From NCBI GenBank assembly GCA_964520655.1, contig CAZFNI010000001.1:3067-67066 (forward strand): a stretch of 64,000 bases of DNA. The letters are read 5' to 3'. The stretch is from an uncultured Planctomycetales bacterium (GTDB taxonomy: Bacteria; Omnitrophota; Gorgyraeia; Zapsychrales; Fredricksoniimonadaceae). The notes under the pieces are model-generated. The model did not search any database, was not told the DNA's origin, and saw nothing but the letters and a program-made list of their open reading frames with translations. The position numbers and the translations under genes are program-made. Below, one piece after another: positions 20,957-30,858 of this stretch. Position 1 is the first letter of the stretch. Each line of letters opens with the position of its first letter.

Positions 20957-21091
20957 ATATTCCCCGATACTAAAGTACCGATAAAAACAAATTCCCCCGG
21001 ACGCATGTTTTGATACTTGCTTAGTAAAGAAGAGATCAAAAGGATGTCACAATTGGTGATATCCTTAATATTTTCAACTTAAGGAAAACCA

Positions 21092-22903
21092 ATGCCTCAG
21101 GCATTAAGCCAGTATAAATTAGAGATCTTACGGTCCGTATTCGGGTATTCATCCTTCCGTCCTTTGCAGGAAGAGTGCATCGACGCTGTTTTAAGCAAAC
21201 AAGATGTTCTGCTGCTGATGCCGACAGGGGGAGGGAAGTCTCTTTGCTATCAGGTCCCGGCGTTACTGTTCGACGGATTGACGGTCGTCATATCCCCATT
21301 GATATCGCTGATGAAAGACCAGGTCAGTCAGCTTAAAGCCTTAGGGGTTGAGGCTGAGCTTTTAAACAGTTCTTTAACCTATGAAGAGTACGCGGCCAAC
21401 AAAGCCCGCATCGTTTCAGGAGAGACTAAGCTGTTATTCTGTGCGCCTGAGACGCTGTTTAAGGATGAGATCCTTGACATGCTTTCGTCATTACGGGTCG
21501 ATTGCATCACGATCGATGAAGCGCACTGTATCTCTGAGTGGGGGCATGATTTTCGTCCGGAATACCGACGGATCAAGGATATCCGTCCGCTTTTCCCTGA
21601 TGCGGCGTATTTGGCCGTCACGGCGACAGCAACGCGGCAGGTGCGGCAGGATATCATCACCAACCTCGCTCTTGTTAAGCCTCTCGAACTCGTGGCCAGT
21701 TTTAACCGCGATAATCTGTTTTATGAAGTGATCCCGCGTGACCGCGCAACAGACCAGATCATTGATTTTCTGGAACGTTTTAAGGGGCAAAGCGGCATCA
21801 TTTATTGTTTCTCTCGAAAGCAGGTGGATGATCTAACCAAGGACTTAAAGCGTTTTGGTCATAAGGTGCTACCTTACCATGCCGGATTAAGTGATGAGGT
21901 GCGCCACCGCAATCAGGAAGCCTTTATCCGCGACGATGTACCGATCATGGTCGCCACCATCGCCTTTGGCATGGGGATCAATAAGCCCAACGTGCGTTTT
22001 GTGATCCATCATGATCTGCCTAAGAATATCGAATCTTATTACCAGGAAACCGGCCGCGCCGGCCGTGACGGCCTGCCGTCGCATTGCCTGCTGCTTTTTT
22101 CTGCGGGAGACGGGGCAAAGATCCGTTATTTTATCGACCAGAAGACGGACCCCGTTCAAAAACGGACGGCGATGAACCATTTGAATACGATCATCGCGTA
22201 TGCCCAAACAAATGTATGCCGGCGTATCCCTTTGCTTACTTATTTTGGCGAGAATTATCAGACGCCAAATTGCGGCCAATGCGACAATTGTATCAATGAA
22301 AAAGAGCCGGCAGCGAATATCACGGCGGAAGCGTTAAAGTTCCTGCGCTGCGTCAGCGAAACAGGGGAGCGTTTTGGGGCGCTTCATATCATCAATGTCC
22401 TGCGCGGCAGCCAGGTGGAGAAAGTCTTAAGCAACGGGCATGATACCTGCGCTGTCTTTGGAGCAGGGATGTCTTTAACTGTTGCCCAATGGCAGCATCT
22501 GGCCGCTCAATTCTTAGCCCAAGGCTTGATGGATAAAAGCGAGGAATATTCCGTGTTAAGCTTAAATCAAAAATCCTTTGAGATCTTAAGCGGGAAGCGG
22601 TTCGTTGAAGGTTATCCCCTGGCGGGGAAGCCTATGCCAACCAAGCCGGCCCGTCCGGTCTTTTTTGATGATGACCATGACCCCAGTGCTCAGCTTTTTG
22701 AGAAACTGCGTGTTTTACGCAAACGGTTAGCGGATGAAAAAGGCGTGCCTCCGTATGTTATTTTCTCTGATAAGTCGTTGCTGGATATGTGCAAACGCAA
22801 GCCTAAAACCAAGGTCCAGTTCGCTCAAGTGTACGGTGTGGGGGACCAGAAACTGCAGATGTATTGTGATGCCTTCATTGCGGCAATCGCGGGATCCAGT
22901 TGA
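21092..22903 (+). CDS. recQ: ATP-dependent DNA helicase RecQ
   Basis: FRPLQEECIDAVLSKQDVLLLMPTGGGKSLCYQVPAL, DEAH box (TIDEAHCISEWGHDFR), RQC zinc motif and C-terminal HRDC-like domain. Confidence 0.9.
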   Translation: MPQALSQYKLEILRSVFGYSSFRPLQEECIDAVLSKQDVLLLMPTGGGKSLCYQVPALLFDGLTVVISPLISLMKDQVSQLKALGVEAELLNSSLTYEEYAANKARIVSGETKLLFCAPETLFKDEILDMLSSLRVDCITIDEAHCISEWGHDFRPEYRRIKDIRPLFPDAAYLAVTATATRQVRQDIITNLALVKPLELVASFNRDNLFYEVIPRDRATDQIIDFLERFKGQSGIIYCFSRKQVDDLTKDLKRFGHKVLPYHAGLSDEVRHRNQEAFIRDDVPIMVATIAFGMGINKPNVRFVIHHDLPKNIESYYQETGRAGRDGLPSHCLLLFSAGDGAKIRYFIDQKTDPVQKRTAMNHLNTIIAYAQTNVCRRIPLLTYFGENYQTPNCGQCDNCINEKEPAANITAEALKFLRCVSETGERFGALHIINVLRGSQVEKVLSNGHDTCAVFGAGMSLTVAQWQHLAAQFLAQGLMDKSEEYSVLSLNQKSFEILSGKRFVEGYPLAGKPMPTKPARPVFFDDDHDPSAQLFEKLRVLRKRLADEKGVPPYVIFSDKSLLDMCKRKPKTKVQFAQVYGVGDQKLQMYCDAFIAAIAGSS

Positions 22904-23045
22904 CCATTCGTTATTTATTCTGGACATTTAAGGCAGATTTGGTATATTACTAACTTCATTATTTTAGAAATAACGCATTTGTCGGCCAAGCGGCTGACAC
23001 CGATATATATAAATCCATCACTTACTTCTTTTAAGGAGGTTTCAC

Positions 23046-24365
23046 ATGTCGCCCGTTGCTATCGATATCGACCAATTAGTCAAACAACTCGTATTAAGCG
23101 ATAATATTAAAGAGAAGGAAAAGTTGGCTCAGGCCATCCAGGCAGAAGCTAAATCCAAGGGTATATATCTGGCGTCCATCCATGATGTTTATATGGCCAG
23201 AGGCAAGGGCCAGGGTAAGAATTTCACCGTCCCGGCGATGAATTTGCGTTCTTTGACCTATTACCTGGCCAAAGCGATCTTTCGCGTGGCCAAGCGTCAG
23301 AATGCCGGTGCGTTCATCTTTGAGATCGCCAAGTCTGAAATGGGTTACACGGGTCAGCCACCGGTTGAATATGTTGGTGTGGTTTTGGCGGCAGCTATTA
23401 AAGAAGGTTATTCTGGTCCGGTGTTCATCCAGGGCGATCACTGCCAGATCAAGGTTTCGGAATTCAAGAAGGATAAGAAAAAAGAAGTCGCGGCCTTAAA
23501 AGATATGATCGCCGACTGCGTGGCGGCTGGTTTCTATAATATCGACGTGGATTCATCCACGACGGTTGATTTAAGCAAGGCGACATTGACCGAGCAGCAG
23601 AGAGATAATTTTGAAGTGGGTGCGGACATCTCTGCGTTCATTCGCAAGATCCAGCCGAAGGGTATCCAGGTTTCTATCGGCGGGGAGATCGGCGAGGTTG
23701 GCCACAAGAACAGCACCGTTGAAGAATTGGTCGCGTTCATGGACGGTTACAATGCGTCATTGCCCAAAGGCTTGGTCGGTTTAAGCAAGATCTCAGTGCA
23801 GACCGGAACATCCCACGGCGGGGTTGTCTTGCCGGACGGTACCATGGCCAATGTCAGTGTTGATTTCAATACCTTAAAGGATTTGTCCAACGCGGCAGCG
23901 AAGAAATACGGCATGGGTGGTGCGGTTCAGCACGGCGCATCCACATTGCCGGATAATGCGTTTAATAAATTCCCGGAAGTCGATACGATCGAGATCCATT
24001 TAGCTACCAACTTCCAGAACAAGACATTGGACAGCAAGCTGTTCCCGAAAGATCTGTATGGCAAGATGGTCGAGTGGACCAAGGCTAACTGCTTAAGCGA
24101 ACGCAAGGCCACTGACACGGATGAGCAGTATGTGTATAAAGCTCGCAAACGCGCGCTTGGCCAGTTCAAAAAAGAGATCATGAATCTTCCGGAATCCGTC
24201 AAAGACGGCATTGCCGCTGAGATCGAGAAGAATTTTGAGTTCTTGTTCAAACAGTTGAATGTCAACGACACCAAAGATTTCGTAAAATCTATCGTGAAAC
24301 CTGTGGATGTGACCATCGGTCTGCGCGCCACACAAGCCCACTTAGACGGCGAAGGGGATGATTAA
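23046..24365 (+). CDS. Class II (metal-dependent) fructose/ketose-bisphosphate aldolase family protein, long form (439 aa)
   Basis: TVPAMNLRS and [10 protein letters not shown] resemble the class II FBA VPAFN / HxDHC motifs; located after pfkA. The extra ~80 aa and weak similarity keep confidence moderate. Confidence 0.45.
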   Translation: MSPVAIDIDQLVKQLVLSDNIKEKEKLAQAIQAEAKSKGIYLASIHDVYMARGKGQGKNFTVPAMNLRSLTYYLAKAIFRVAKRQNAGAFIFEIAKSEMGYTGQPPVEYVGVVLAAAIKEGYSGPVFIQGDHCQIKVSEFKKDKKKEVAALKDMIADCVAAGFYNIDVDSSTTVDLSKATLTEQQRDNFEVGADISAFIRKIQPKGIQVSIGGEIGEVGHKNSTVEELVAFMDGYNASLPKGLVGLSKISVQTGTSHGGVVLPDGTMANVSVDFNTLKDLSNAAAKKYGMGGAVQHGASTLPDNAFNKFPEVDTIEIHLATNFQNKTLDSKLFPKDLYGKMVEWTKANCLSERKATDTDEQYVYKARKRALGQFKKEIMNLPESVKDGIAAEIEKNFEFLFKQLNVNDTKDFVKSIVKPVDVTIGLRATQAHLDGEGDD

Positions 24366-24366
24366 T

Positions 24367-25359
24367 ATGGCAAAAGTTTATTACGACAAAGATTGCAATA
24401 TCAATGACATCAAGAGTAAAGTGATCGCGGTTGTCGGCTACGGCATTCAAGGCCGGGGTCAGGCATTGAATCTGCGCGACAGCGGCTTGAAGGTCATTGT
24501 GGCCCAGCGTCCCGGCGGTCCGAATTATGATCAGGCCAAAAAAGACGGATTCAGTCCTGTTTCCGTCGAAGAAGCAGCCCAGAAGGCAGATGTGATGATC
24601 ATTTTGACCCAGGATCATCTGCAGGCGGACATTTACAAGAAATCCATTGAGCCTTATTTGACCAAGGGTAAGGCATTGGCATTTTCCCATGGGTTTAACA
24701 TTCATTTTAAATTCATCGTTCCCCCTAAGGACGTGGATGTGTTCATGATCGCGCCTAAAGGCCCAGGGGCTTTGGTTCGCCGTCAGTATGAAGAAGGCAA
24801 AGGTGTGCCGTGCTTGGTCGCTGTGCATCAGAACGCGACGGGGAAAGCCTTAAAGATCGCGTTGGCGTATGCTAAGGGTGTTGGCGGTTCCCGTGCCGGG
24901 ATCATCCGTACCACCTTCAAAGAAGAGACCGAGACGGATCTGTTCGGCGAGCAAGCCGTTCTTTGCGGCGGTGCCAGCGAATTGGTCAAGGCGGGTTTTG
25001 AGACCTTGGTCAAGGCCGGTTATCAGCCTGAGATCGCGTATTTTGAATGCATGCATGAATTAAAATTGATCGTTGATCTGATGTACGAAGACGGCATCCA
25101 GGGCATGCGCAAGCGTGTTTCCGATACGGCCGAGTACGGCGATATGACCCGCGGACCACGTGTTGTCACCTCACGCACCCGCGCGGAAATGCAGAAGATC
25201 TTAAAAGAGATCCAAACCGGCAAGTTCGCCAAGGAATGGATGGCGGAGAACAAGAACGGCCGCAAGAACTTCCTTAAAATGCGCAAGAGCGGCGAGACCC
25301 ACCTTATTGAGAAAGTGGGCGCACGACTTCGCGCGATGATGAGCTGGATGAGAAAGTAA
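24367..25359 (+). CDS. ilvC: Ketol-acid reductoisomerase
   Basis: [22 protein letters not shown] Rossmann motif and KARI C-terminal domain. ATG 24367 immediately follows the stop of the upstream gene. Confidence 0.9.
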   Translation: MAKVYYDKDCNINDIKSKVIAVVGYGIQGRGQALNLRDSGLKVIVAQRPGGPNYDQAKKDGFSPVSVEEAAQKADVMIILTQDHLQADIYKKSIEPYLTKGKALAFSHGFNIHFKFIVPPKDVDVFMIAPKGPGALVRRQYEEGKGVPCLVAVHQNATGKALKIALAYAKGVGGSRAGIIRTTFKEETETDLFGEQAVLCGGASELVKAGFETLVKAGYQPEIAYFECMHELKLIVDLMYEDGIQGMRKRVSDTAEYGDMTRGPRVVTSRTRAEMQKILKEIQTGKFAKEWMAENKNGRKNFLKMRKSGETHLIEKVGARLRAMMSWMRK

Positions 25360-25399
25360 AAACTATTTAAGCCAAAATAAAATCAATCGTATATAATTT

Positions 25400-25433
25400 A
25401 AGGGCGGCTTCGATAGCCGCCCTTAATATTTTT
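25400..25433 (+). terminator. Rho-independent terminator after ilvC
   Basis: AAGGGCGGCT-tcgat-AGCCGCCCTT hairpin followed by AATATTTTT. Confidence 0.65.
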
Positions 25434-25464
25434 AGTCCCGCCGCCGGCGGGCAGGGAGTACATT

Positions 25465-26997
25465 ATGAGCAACAATAAAGTATATATTTTTGACACCACC
25501 TTGCGCGACGGGGAACAAGCCCCGGGTGCCACCATGAACCCTAAAGAGAAGCTGGAGATCGCTTTTGGGTTGGAGCGCTTGGGGGTGGATATCATTGAAG
25601 CGGGATTCCCGGTCTCCTCCAAAGGGGATTTTGATTCTGTTTATAATGTGGCTAAGAATATCAAGAAGTCCTATGTGTGCGGGTTGGCCAGATCGATCAT
25701 TAAGGACATTGATGCGGCGATCGACGCGGTCAAGCCGGCTAAACATAAACGTATCCATATCTTCCTGGCGACATCCAAGATCCATTTGGAGCATAAATTC
25801 AAGAAAAGTCAGGATGAGATCCTGAATATGGCGGTGGCGGCAGTGCGTTATGCCCGCAAACGCATGGATAATATCGAATTCTCTCCGGAAGATGCGTCGC
25901 GCACGGAGAAAGAATTCTTGTACAGGGTCCTGGAAGCGGTCATTAAGGAAGGGGCCACCACGGTCAATATTCCGGACACGGTGGGATATTCCACACCGGC
26001 GGAATACGGCGCTGTCATCAAGGGGATCGTCAATAATGTCCCTAACATCAATAAAGCGATCATTTCCACCCATTGCCACGATGATCTGGGGCTGGGGGTG
26101 GCTAATTCATTGGCCGCGGTCTTAAACGGTGCCCGTCAGGTCGAGTGCACCATCAACGGTATCGGTGAACGGGCCGGTAATGCTTCCATGGAAGAGATCG
26201 TGATGGCCTTAAAGACGCGCGGGGATTTTTTCGGCGTGACGACCGATATTAACACCAAAGAATTCTACCGGATGTCGCGCATGGTCAGCAAAGCCACAGG
26301 ATTTTTGGTGCCGCCCAATAAAGCGATCGTGGGGGCTAATGCGTTCCGTCACGAGAGCGGCATCCATCAAGACGGCGTTTTAAAGGAACGCCGCACCTAT
26401 GAGATCATGGATCCGGAAGATGTCGGCGTACCCAAACATGAAGGGCTGGTGCTGGGTAAACATTCCGGGCGCCACGCCTTCTCAGACCGTTTAAAGCGTT
26501 TGGGATTCAAATTGACCGATGCCCGCATTGACGCGGCTTTTGAACAGTTCAAAGACCTGGCGGATAAGAAGAAAGAGATCTACGACGAGGATCTGATCGC
26601 GATCGTGGAAGATAATACGACAGAGGCGAAAGAAACGGTCCGTTTGCTGGACTTAGTCTATACCAGCGGCAGCCGTGTGAAGCCCCGCGTGACCATAACG
26701 TTGGATGTCAAAGGCAAAAAGGTCGTCAAAGAATCGACGGGTGACGGGCCGGTGGATGCCTGTTACAAAGCGATCGCTTCCGTGACCAAGTTGAAGGCCA
26801 AATTGCTGGATTACAGCATACAGTCGGTCAGCCAGGGGGATGATGCACAAGGTGAGGTACGGGTTAAGATCAGCGTAGATGGAAAGACGGTGTTGGGCAG
26901 GGGCGCCAGTACGGATATCATTGAAGCCTCCGCCAAGGCCTATATTTATGCGATCAATAAAGCGGTTGTGGCCCAAGAGAGGTTAAAGGCATTATGA
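25465..26997 (+). CDS. leuA: 2-isopropylmalate synthase
   Basis: KVYIFDTTLRDGEQAPG, HCHDDLGLGVANSLAAV, and C-terminal LeuA regulatory domain; 510 aa. Confidence 0.88.
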   Translation: MSNNKVYIFDTTLRDGEQAPGATMNPKEKLEIAFGLERLGVDIIEAGFPVSSKGDFDSVYNVAKNIKKSYVCGLARSIIKDIDAAIDAVKPAKHKRIHIFLATSKIHLEHKFKKSQDEILNMAVAAVRYARKRMDNIEFSPEDASRTEKEFLYRVLEAVIKEGATTVNIPDTVGYSTPAEYGAVIKGIVNNVPNINKAIISTHCHDDLGLGVANSLAAVLNGARQVECTINGIGERAGNASMEEIVMALKTRGDFFGVTTDINTKEFYRMSRMVSKATGFLVPPNKAIVGANAFRHESGIHQDGVLKERRTYEIMDPEDVGVPKHEGLVLGKHSGRHAFSDRLKRLGFKLTDARIDAAFEQFKDLADKKKEIYDEDLIAIVEDNTTEAKETVRLLDLVYTSGSRVKPRVTITLDVKGKKVVKESTGDGPVDACYKAIASVTKLKAKLLDYSIQSVSQGDDAQGEVRVKISVDGKTVLGRGASTDIIEASAKAYIYAINKAVVAQERLKAL

Positions 26998-27878
26998 CCT
27001 ATGAACCACCCAGCATTTACGGCATTATCGGCAATCCGTTGACGCACAGTTTATCCCCGTTAATGCATAATGCTGCCTTCAAAGCCCTTCAGGTCAATGC
27101 GGTCTATAAACTTTTTCCGCTTACTGACGAACAAGAGCTTAAATTGTTCATGGAAGACCTTAAAGAAGAAGGTAATCCAATCTTTGGGTTGAATGTCACC
27201 GTGCCTTTCAAAGAAGCGGTGATGCCTTTTGTGGATACGATCGACCCGTTCGCGAAAAAGGTTGGGGCTGTGAATACATTGCTGATCAGCAAAGAACGCG
27301 CCATCATGGGGTTTAATACCGACGGTCCTGGCTTCTTAAGCCATTTGCAGGAATTGCAGTTCGACCTTAAAGGCAAGCGCGTCGCAGTTTTGGGGGCGGG
27401 GGGAACAACACGGGCGATCTTGACCGTGCTGTGCATGATCCATCCGCGTCCGGAGAATATCAAGCTCTATAACCGCACGCCGCAAAAGGCATTGGACCTG
27501 GTGGAAGATCTTGGTACGCGCATGGATGCCAGCCTCATTGAGGTTGTGAATAATACTGAGGATCTTAATATCGAGATCGCTGATCTGGTCATTAATACGA
27601 CGTCCGTTGGTCTTAAAGGTGAGCAGACCATGCTTGTCGATCCACAGAGTTTTCATCCCAACATGCTGGCTTATGATGTGATCTATAATCCCACGCAGAC
27701 CGCTTTTCTGAAAGCTGCGCTGGCCAAGGGGGCTAAAACCGCCAATGGCCTTGGCATGCTCTATTATCAAGGGGTTTTGGCGTTCGCGCATTGGGCCGGA
27801 GGGGATATCGAAGACAAGTATAAAAAGGTCATGCGTAAAGCACTGGTGGATGGATTGGAGAAACAGATCCATGGTTGA
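26994..27878 (+). CDS. aroE: Shikimate dehydrogenase
   Basis: YGIIGNPLTHSLSPLMHNAAF and GAGGTTRAI NADP motif. Confidence 0.88.
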   Translation: MTYEPPSIYGIIGNPLTHSLSPLMHNAAFKALQVNAVYKLFPLTDEQELKLFMEDLKEEGNPIFGLNVTVPFKEAVMPFVDTIDPFAKKVGAVNTLLISKERAIMGFNTDGPGFLSHLQELQFDLKGKRVAVLGAGGTTRAILTVLCMIHPRPENIKLYNRTPQKALDLVEDLGTRMDASLIEVVNNTEDLNIEIADLVINTTSVGLKGEQTMLVDPQSFHPNMLAYDVIYNPTQTAFLKAALAKGAKTANGLGMLYYQGVLAFAHWAGGDIEDKYKKVMRKALVDGLEKQIHG

Positions 27879-28866
27879 GATATTCATTTTTGTTTTCGGT
27901 TCGATCATCGGCAGTTTCTTAAATGTCTGTATCGTGCGCATGCCGCAGGATAAATCAGTGGTATTCCCGTCGTCCCATTGCGTCCATTGCCAAAAGCCTA
28001 TCGCGTGGCATGACAATATCCCGGTACTGGGTTGGCTTATGTTAGGCGGCCGCTGCCGCGCCTGCAAAGCACCCATCTCTTTGCTGTATCCGGCAGTGGA
28101 ATTATTGACTGCGGCGGTATTTCTGGCTTTTTATAAGTATTACGGCCTTCAGTTCATATTGATCCCGTATTTATTCATGGCTTCCTGTTTTATCGTGTCC
28201 ACCATCGTGGATCTCAAACACCGGATCATACCGGATGAGATCAGCATCAACGGGATGTTCGCAGGGATCATCTTTAGCGCGTTGATCCCGTCGATGCATG
28301 CGCCGGAATTCCATTATGTCCGTTTGTCCGGATTCATTGCGGGTGTGATCGTGCTTTTGTGCCTGGGGCTCATTGCCATCTATCCCATTTTTTGTAAGCA
28401 TTTGATGGAGGGGCAAGAAGCCGACGGTGATAAAGAGATCAAAGTCTTGGTGGCCTGTTCCTTGTTTGTTGTGGCGCTGATCAATTATTTTGCAGGAATT
28501 CTTCCGGTTTCTTTTGTACCCTACGCCCTTAGTTTAAGTTCTGCTTTATCAGGTTATATTATCGGCGGCGGCATCATTTATGTGATGGGTCTGGTTGGAG
28601 ATATCATCTTTAAGAAAGAAAGTATGGGCGGCGGCGATGTGAAGCTCATGGCGCTTGTCGGCGCGTTCTTGGGATGGAAGCTCGCATTGTTAACATTCTT
28701 TTTGGCACCGTTCTTCGGTGCTGTTTTTGGGATCATTGAGAAGATCCGTACTAAAGAAAGCACGATCGCGTATGGGCCGTTCCTAGTTGCCGGGGCGTTG
28801 ATGAGTTTGTTCTGTGGGAATGCCATCATCAGCTGGGTTTTAAGAGGAGGTATATATGGGTATTAG
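27871..28866 (+). CDS. pilD: Type IV prepilin leader peptidase (A24 family) with N-terminal Cys-x-x-Cys...Cys-x-x-Cys zinc-binding motif
   Basis: FIFVFGSIIGSFLNVCIVRMP...CVHCQKPIAWHDNIPVLGWLMLGGRCRACKAPIS. ATG 27871 overlaps the aroE stop (ATGGTTGA). Confidence 0.85.
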   Translation: MVEIFIFVFGSIIGSFLNVCIVRMPQDKSVVFPSSHCVHCQKPIAWHDNIPVLGWLMLGGRCRACKAPISLLYPAVELLTAAVFLAFYKYYGLQFILIPYLFMASCFIVSTIVDLKHRIIPDEISINGMFAGIIFSALIPSMHAPEFHYVRLSGFIAGVIVLLCLGLIAIYPIFCKHLMEGQEADGDKEIKVLVACSLFVVALINYFAGILPVSFVPYALSLSSALSGYIIGGGIIYVMGLVGDIIFKKESMGGGDVKLMALVGAFLGWKLALLTFFLAPFFGAVFGIIEKIRTKESTIAYGPFLVAGALMSLFCGNAIISWVLRGGIYGY

Positions 28867-29224
28867 ATTTGTGCTGCTGTTTACTGTGCTGGGTATTGCG
28901 GTCAGTTCAAATGCTTTCGCTACTCCGCCGGGATCGGTATCATTGACATACGATCTAGATAAGCAGACACTGCATGTGTCCGCAACCCATCCAACGGACA
29001 AGCTGGATAAACATTTTTTGCGCCGCATTGTCATTTACCGCAACGACCTGCAGGTTGATTCTGTTAATCTGCCGTTCCAGAGATCTCCGGCGGGTATTGA
29101 GCAGGATATTGCCGTGCCTGCAGCCGGGGGGGATAAGATCAGTGTTACGGTTGCCTGCAGTAAGGGTGGAGAGGGTAAGGCGGATGTCGTGGTCCCGATC
29201 CCTGTTAAGGAAGAAAAGAAATGA
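28856..29224 (+). CDS. Hypothetical secreted protein (signal peptide), 122 aa
   Basis: ORF coupled between pilD and aroK (overlaps both ends); N-terminal LLFTVLGIAVSSNAFA; no recognisable domain. Confidence 0.5.
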   Translation: MGIRFVLLFTVLGIAVSSNAFATPPGSVSLTYDLDKQTLHVSATHPTDKLDKHFLRRIVIYRNDLQVDSVNLPFQRSPAGIEQDIAVPAAGGDKISVTVACSKGGEGKADVVVPIPVKEEKK

Positions 29225-29733
29225 AGAAGTTAGTAAAGAATATTGTCCTGATCGGGATGATGGGATCAGGAAAATCCCTGATCGCCAGGGAATTAGCCAG
29301 GCAGTTGGACGTCCCGGTGTATTCGACCGATGAGTTGATCGAACGTAAAGCCAAAAACAAGATCCGTCAGATCGTCGCGGATAAGGGCTGGCCGTATTTC
29401 CGTAAGGTAGAGCATGCCGTGGTCAAGCGCGTGGCAGCCAAAAAAGGAGTGGTCATCGACTGCGGCGGCGGGATCGTCGTTAATCCGGATAATTTGAAAT
29501 TATTACGTAAGCATGGTATCATCATTTTCTTGAAAGCATCACCCGCGGTGATCTATAAAAGGATCAAGAATGATCCTAACCGCCCGCTGGTGCATGCCGC
29601 GGACAACCCTATGGCCGTCATCAAGATGCTTTACAAACAACGTCTCCCCCTGTACAGTCAGGCCGACATCACCATCAATGCCTCTCATCCATCCATTGCC
29701 GGCCCGGTTGCGCGAATAATCAAAGCGATCTAG
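29221..29733 (+). CDS. aroK: Shikimate kinase
   Basis: NIVLIGMMGSGKSLIARELA Walker A and shikimate-kinase core. Confidence 0.88.
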   Translation: MKKLVKNIVLIGMMGSGKSLIARELARQLDVPVYSTDELIERKAKNKIRQIVADKGWPYFRKVEHAVVKRVAAKKGVVIDCGGGIVVNPDNLKLLRKHGIIIFLKASPAVIYKRIKNDPNRPLVHAADNPMAVIKMLYKQRLPLYSQADITINASHPSIAGPVARIIKAI

Positions 29734-29736
29734 AAC

Positions 29737-30858
29737 ATGACAGAACAAGAAGCGTTGGTCGTGCTCAATGCCATCCCAGGCATGGGCAGTGTCCGTATTG
29801 CGGCTTTACGGGAATATTACGGGGATGCCCGCACAGCATTGACGCGCTCCTTTGAAGATCTGACGGCCAGCGCGGTCGTACCGCCTAACATCATCGAAAA
29901 TATTGTTCATTTTTCTAAAGACAAGTTTTTGATCGATGAATATAATCTGTTAACATCCAGGAACGTTTCATTGGTTACGATCGTGGATGAGGATTATCCT
30001 CATTTACTTGCAAGTATACCCGGAGCTCCGGTCGTTCTTTATATATTAGGGAATAAAGCCCTGCTGCATAATGCCATGGTTGCCATGGTGGGGTCCCGCA
30101 TGTGTTCCTATTACGGCAGGGCGCAGGCGGTCCGTTTCGCGGAAATGTTCGCTCAAGCAGGGGTTGCGGTCATTTCCGGTTTGGCGCGGGGTATTGATAC
30201 CGCCGCCCATCAGGGTACTTTAAAAGCCGGTGGTACAACGCTGGCTGTTGTTGGGTGCGGATTTGATCACATTTATCCTAAAGAGAATAAAGCCTTGATG
30301 GAAGAGATCATTGCCAAAGGGGCTGTTGTTTCAGAATTGCCCATGCGCACACCGCCGGTGCCGGCTAATTTCCCCCGGCGTAACCGGATCATCACAGGTT
30401 TAAGCCTGGCAACGGTAGTGGTTGAAGCGGGTGAAAAAAGCGGGGCGCTGATCAGTGCCGGATATGCTTTAGAACAGGGGCGCGATGTGTATGCTGTTCC
30501 GGCCAATGTTGATCATGTTTCAGCTGCTGGGAGTAATCAGCTTCTTAAAGACGGCGCCATTATCGCGCTTAAACCCCATGATGTGCTTGAGGGCCTCAAA
30601 GAGCAGATGGGGTTGGTCTATCAATTAGACACCGTTCCACAACCATCGACGGTGATCGTAGAGAATGAGCAGGCAAAAGTATTAGCGTTATTAACGACAG
30701 AACCCATGCATGCGGATGAGTTGGCATCGCGAGCGGGGATGTCAACTGGTCAAATCGCTTCGATTGTGTTACATTTGCAGTTAAAAGAATTGGTCAAAGA
30801 GCTTCCAGGTAAATATTTTATAAAGGAATATCATGGCAAAATCACTCGTGATCGTTGA
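29737..30858 (+). CDS. dprA: DNA processing protein DprA (Smf)
   Basis: VAMVGSRMCSYYGRAQAVRFAEMFAQAGVAVISGLARGIDTAAHQG Rossmann-like DprA core. Confidence 0.88.
   Translation: MTEQEALVVLNAIPGMGSVRIAALREYYGDARTALTRSFEDLTASAVVPPNIIENIVHFSKDKFLIDEYNLLTSRNVSLVTIVDEDYPHLLASIPGAPVVLYILGNKALLHNAMVAMVGSRMCSYYGRAQAVRFAEMFAQAGVAVISGLARGIDTAAHQGTLKAGGTTLAVVGCGFDHIYPKENKALMEEIIAKGAVVSELPMRTPPVPANFPRRNRIITGLSLATVVVEAGEKSGALISAGYALEQGRDVYAVPANVDHVSAAGSNQLLKDGAIIALKPHDVLEGLKEQMGLVYQLDTVPQPSTVIVENEQAKVLALLTTEPMHADELASRAGMSTGQIASIVLHLQLKELVKELPGKYFIKEYHGKITRDR

Noticed and set aside
25432-26079. 215-aa minus-strand ORF and 27336..28076 minus-strand 246-aa ORF
   Set aside because: Completely embedded antisense to leuA and aroE/pilD respectively, which have unambiguous conserved motifs; considered spurious
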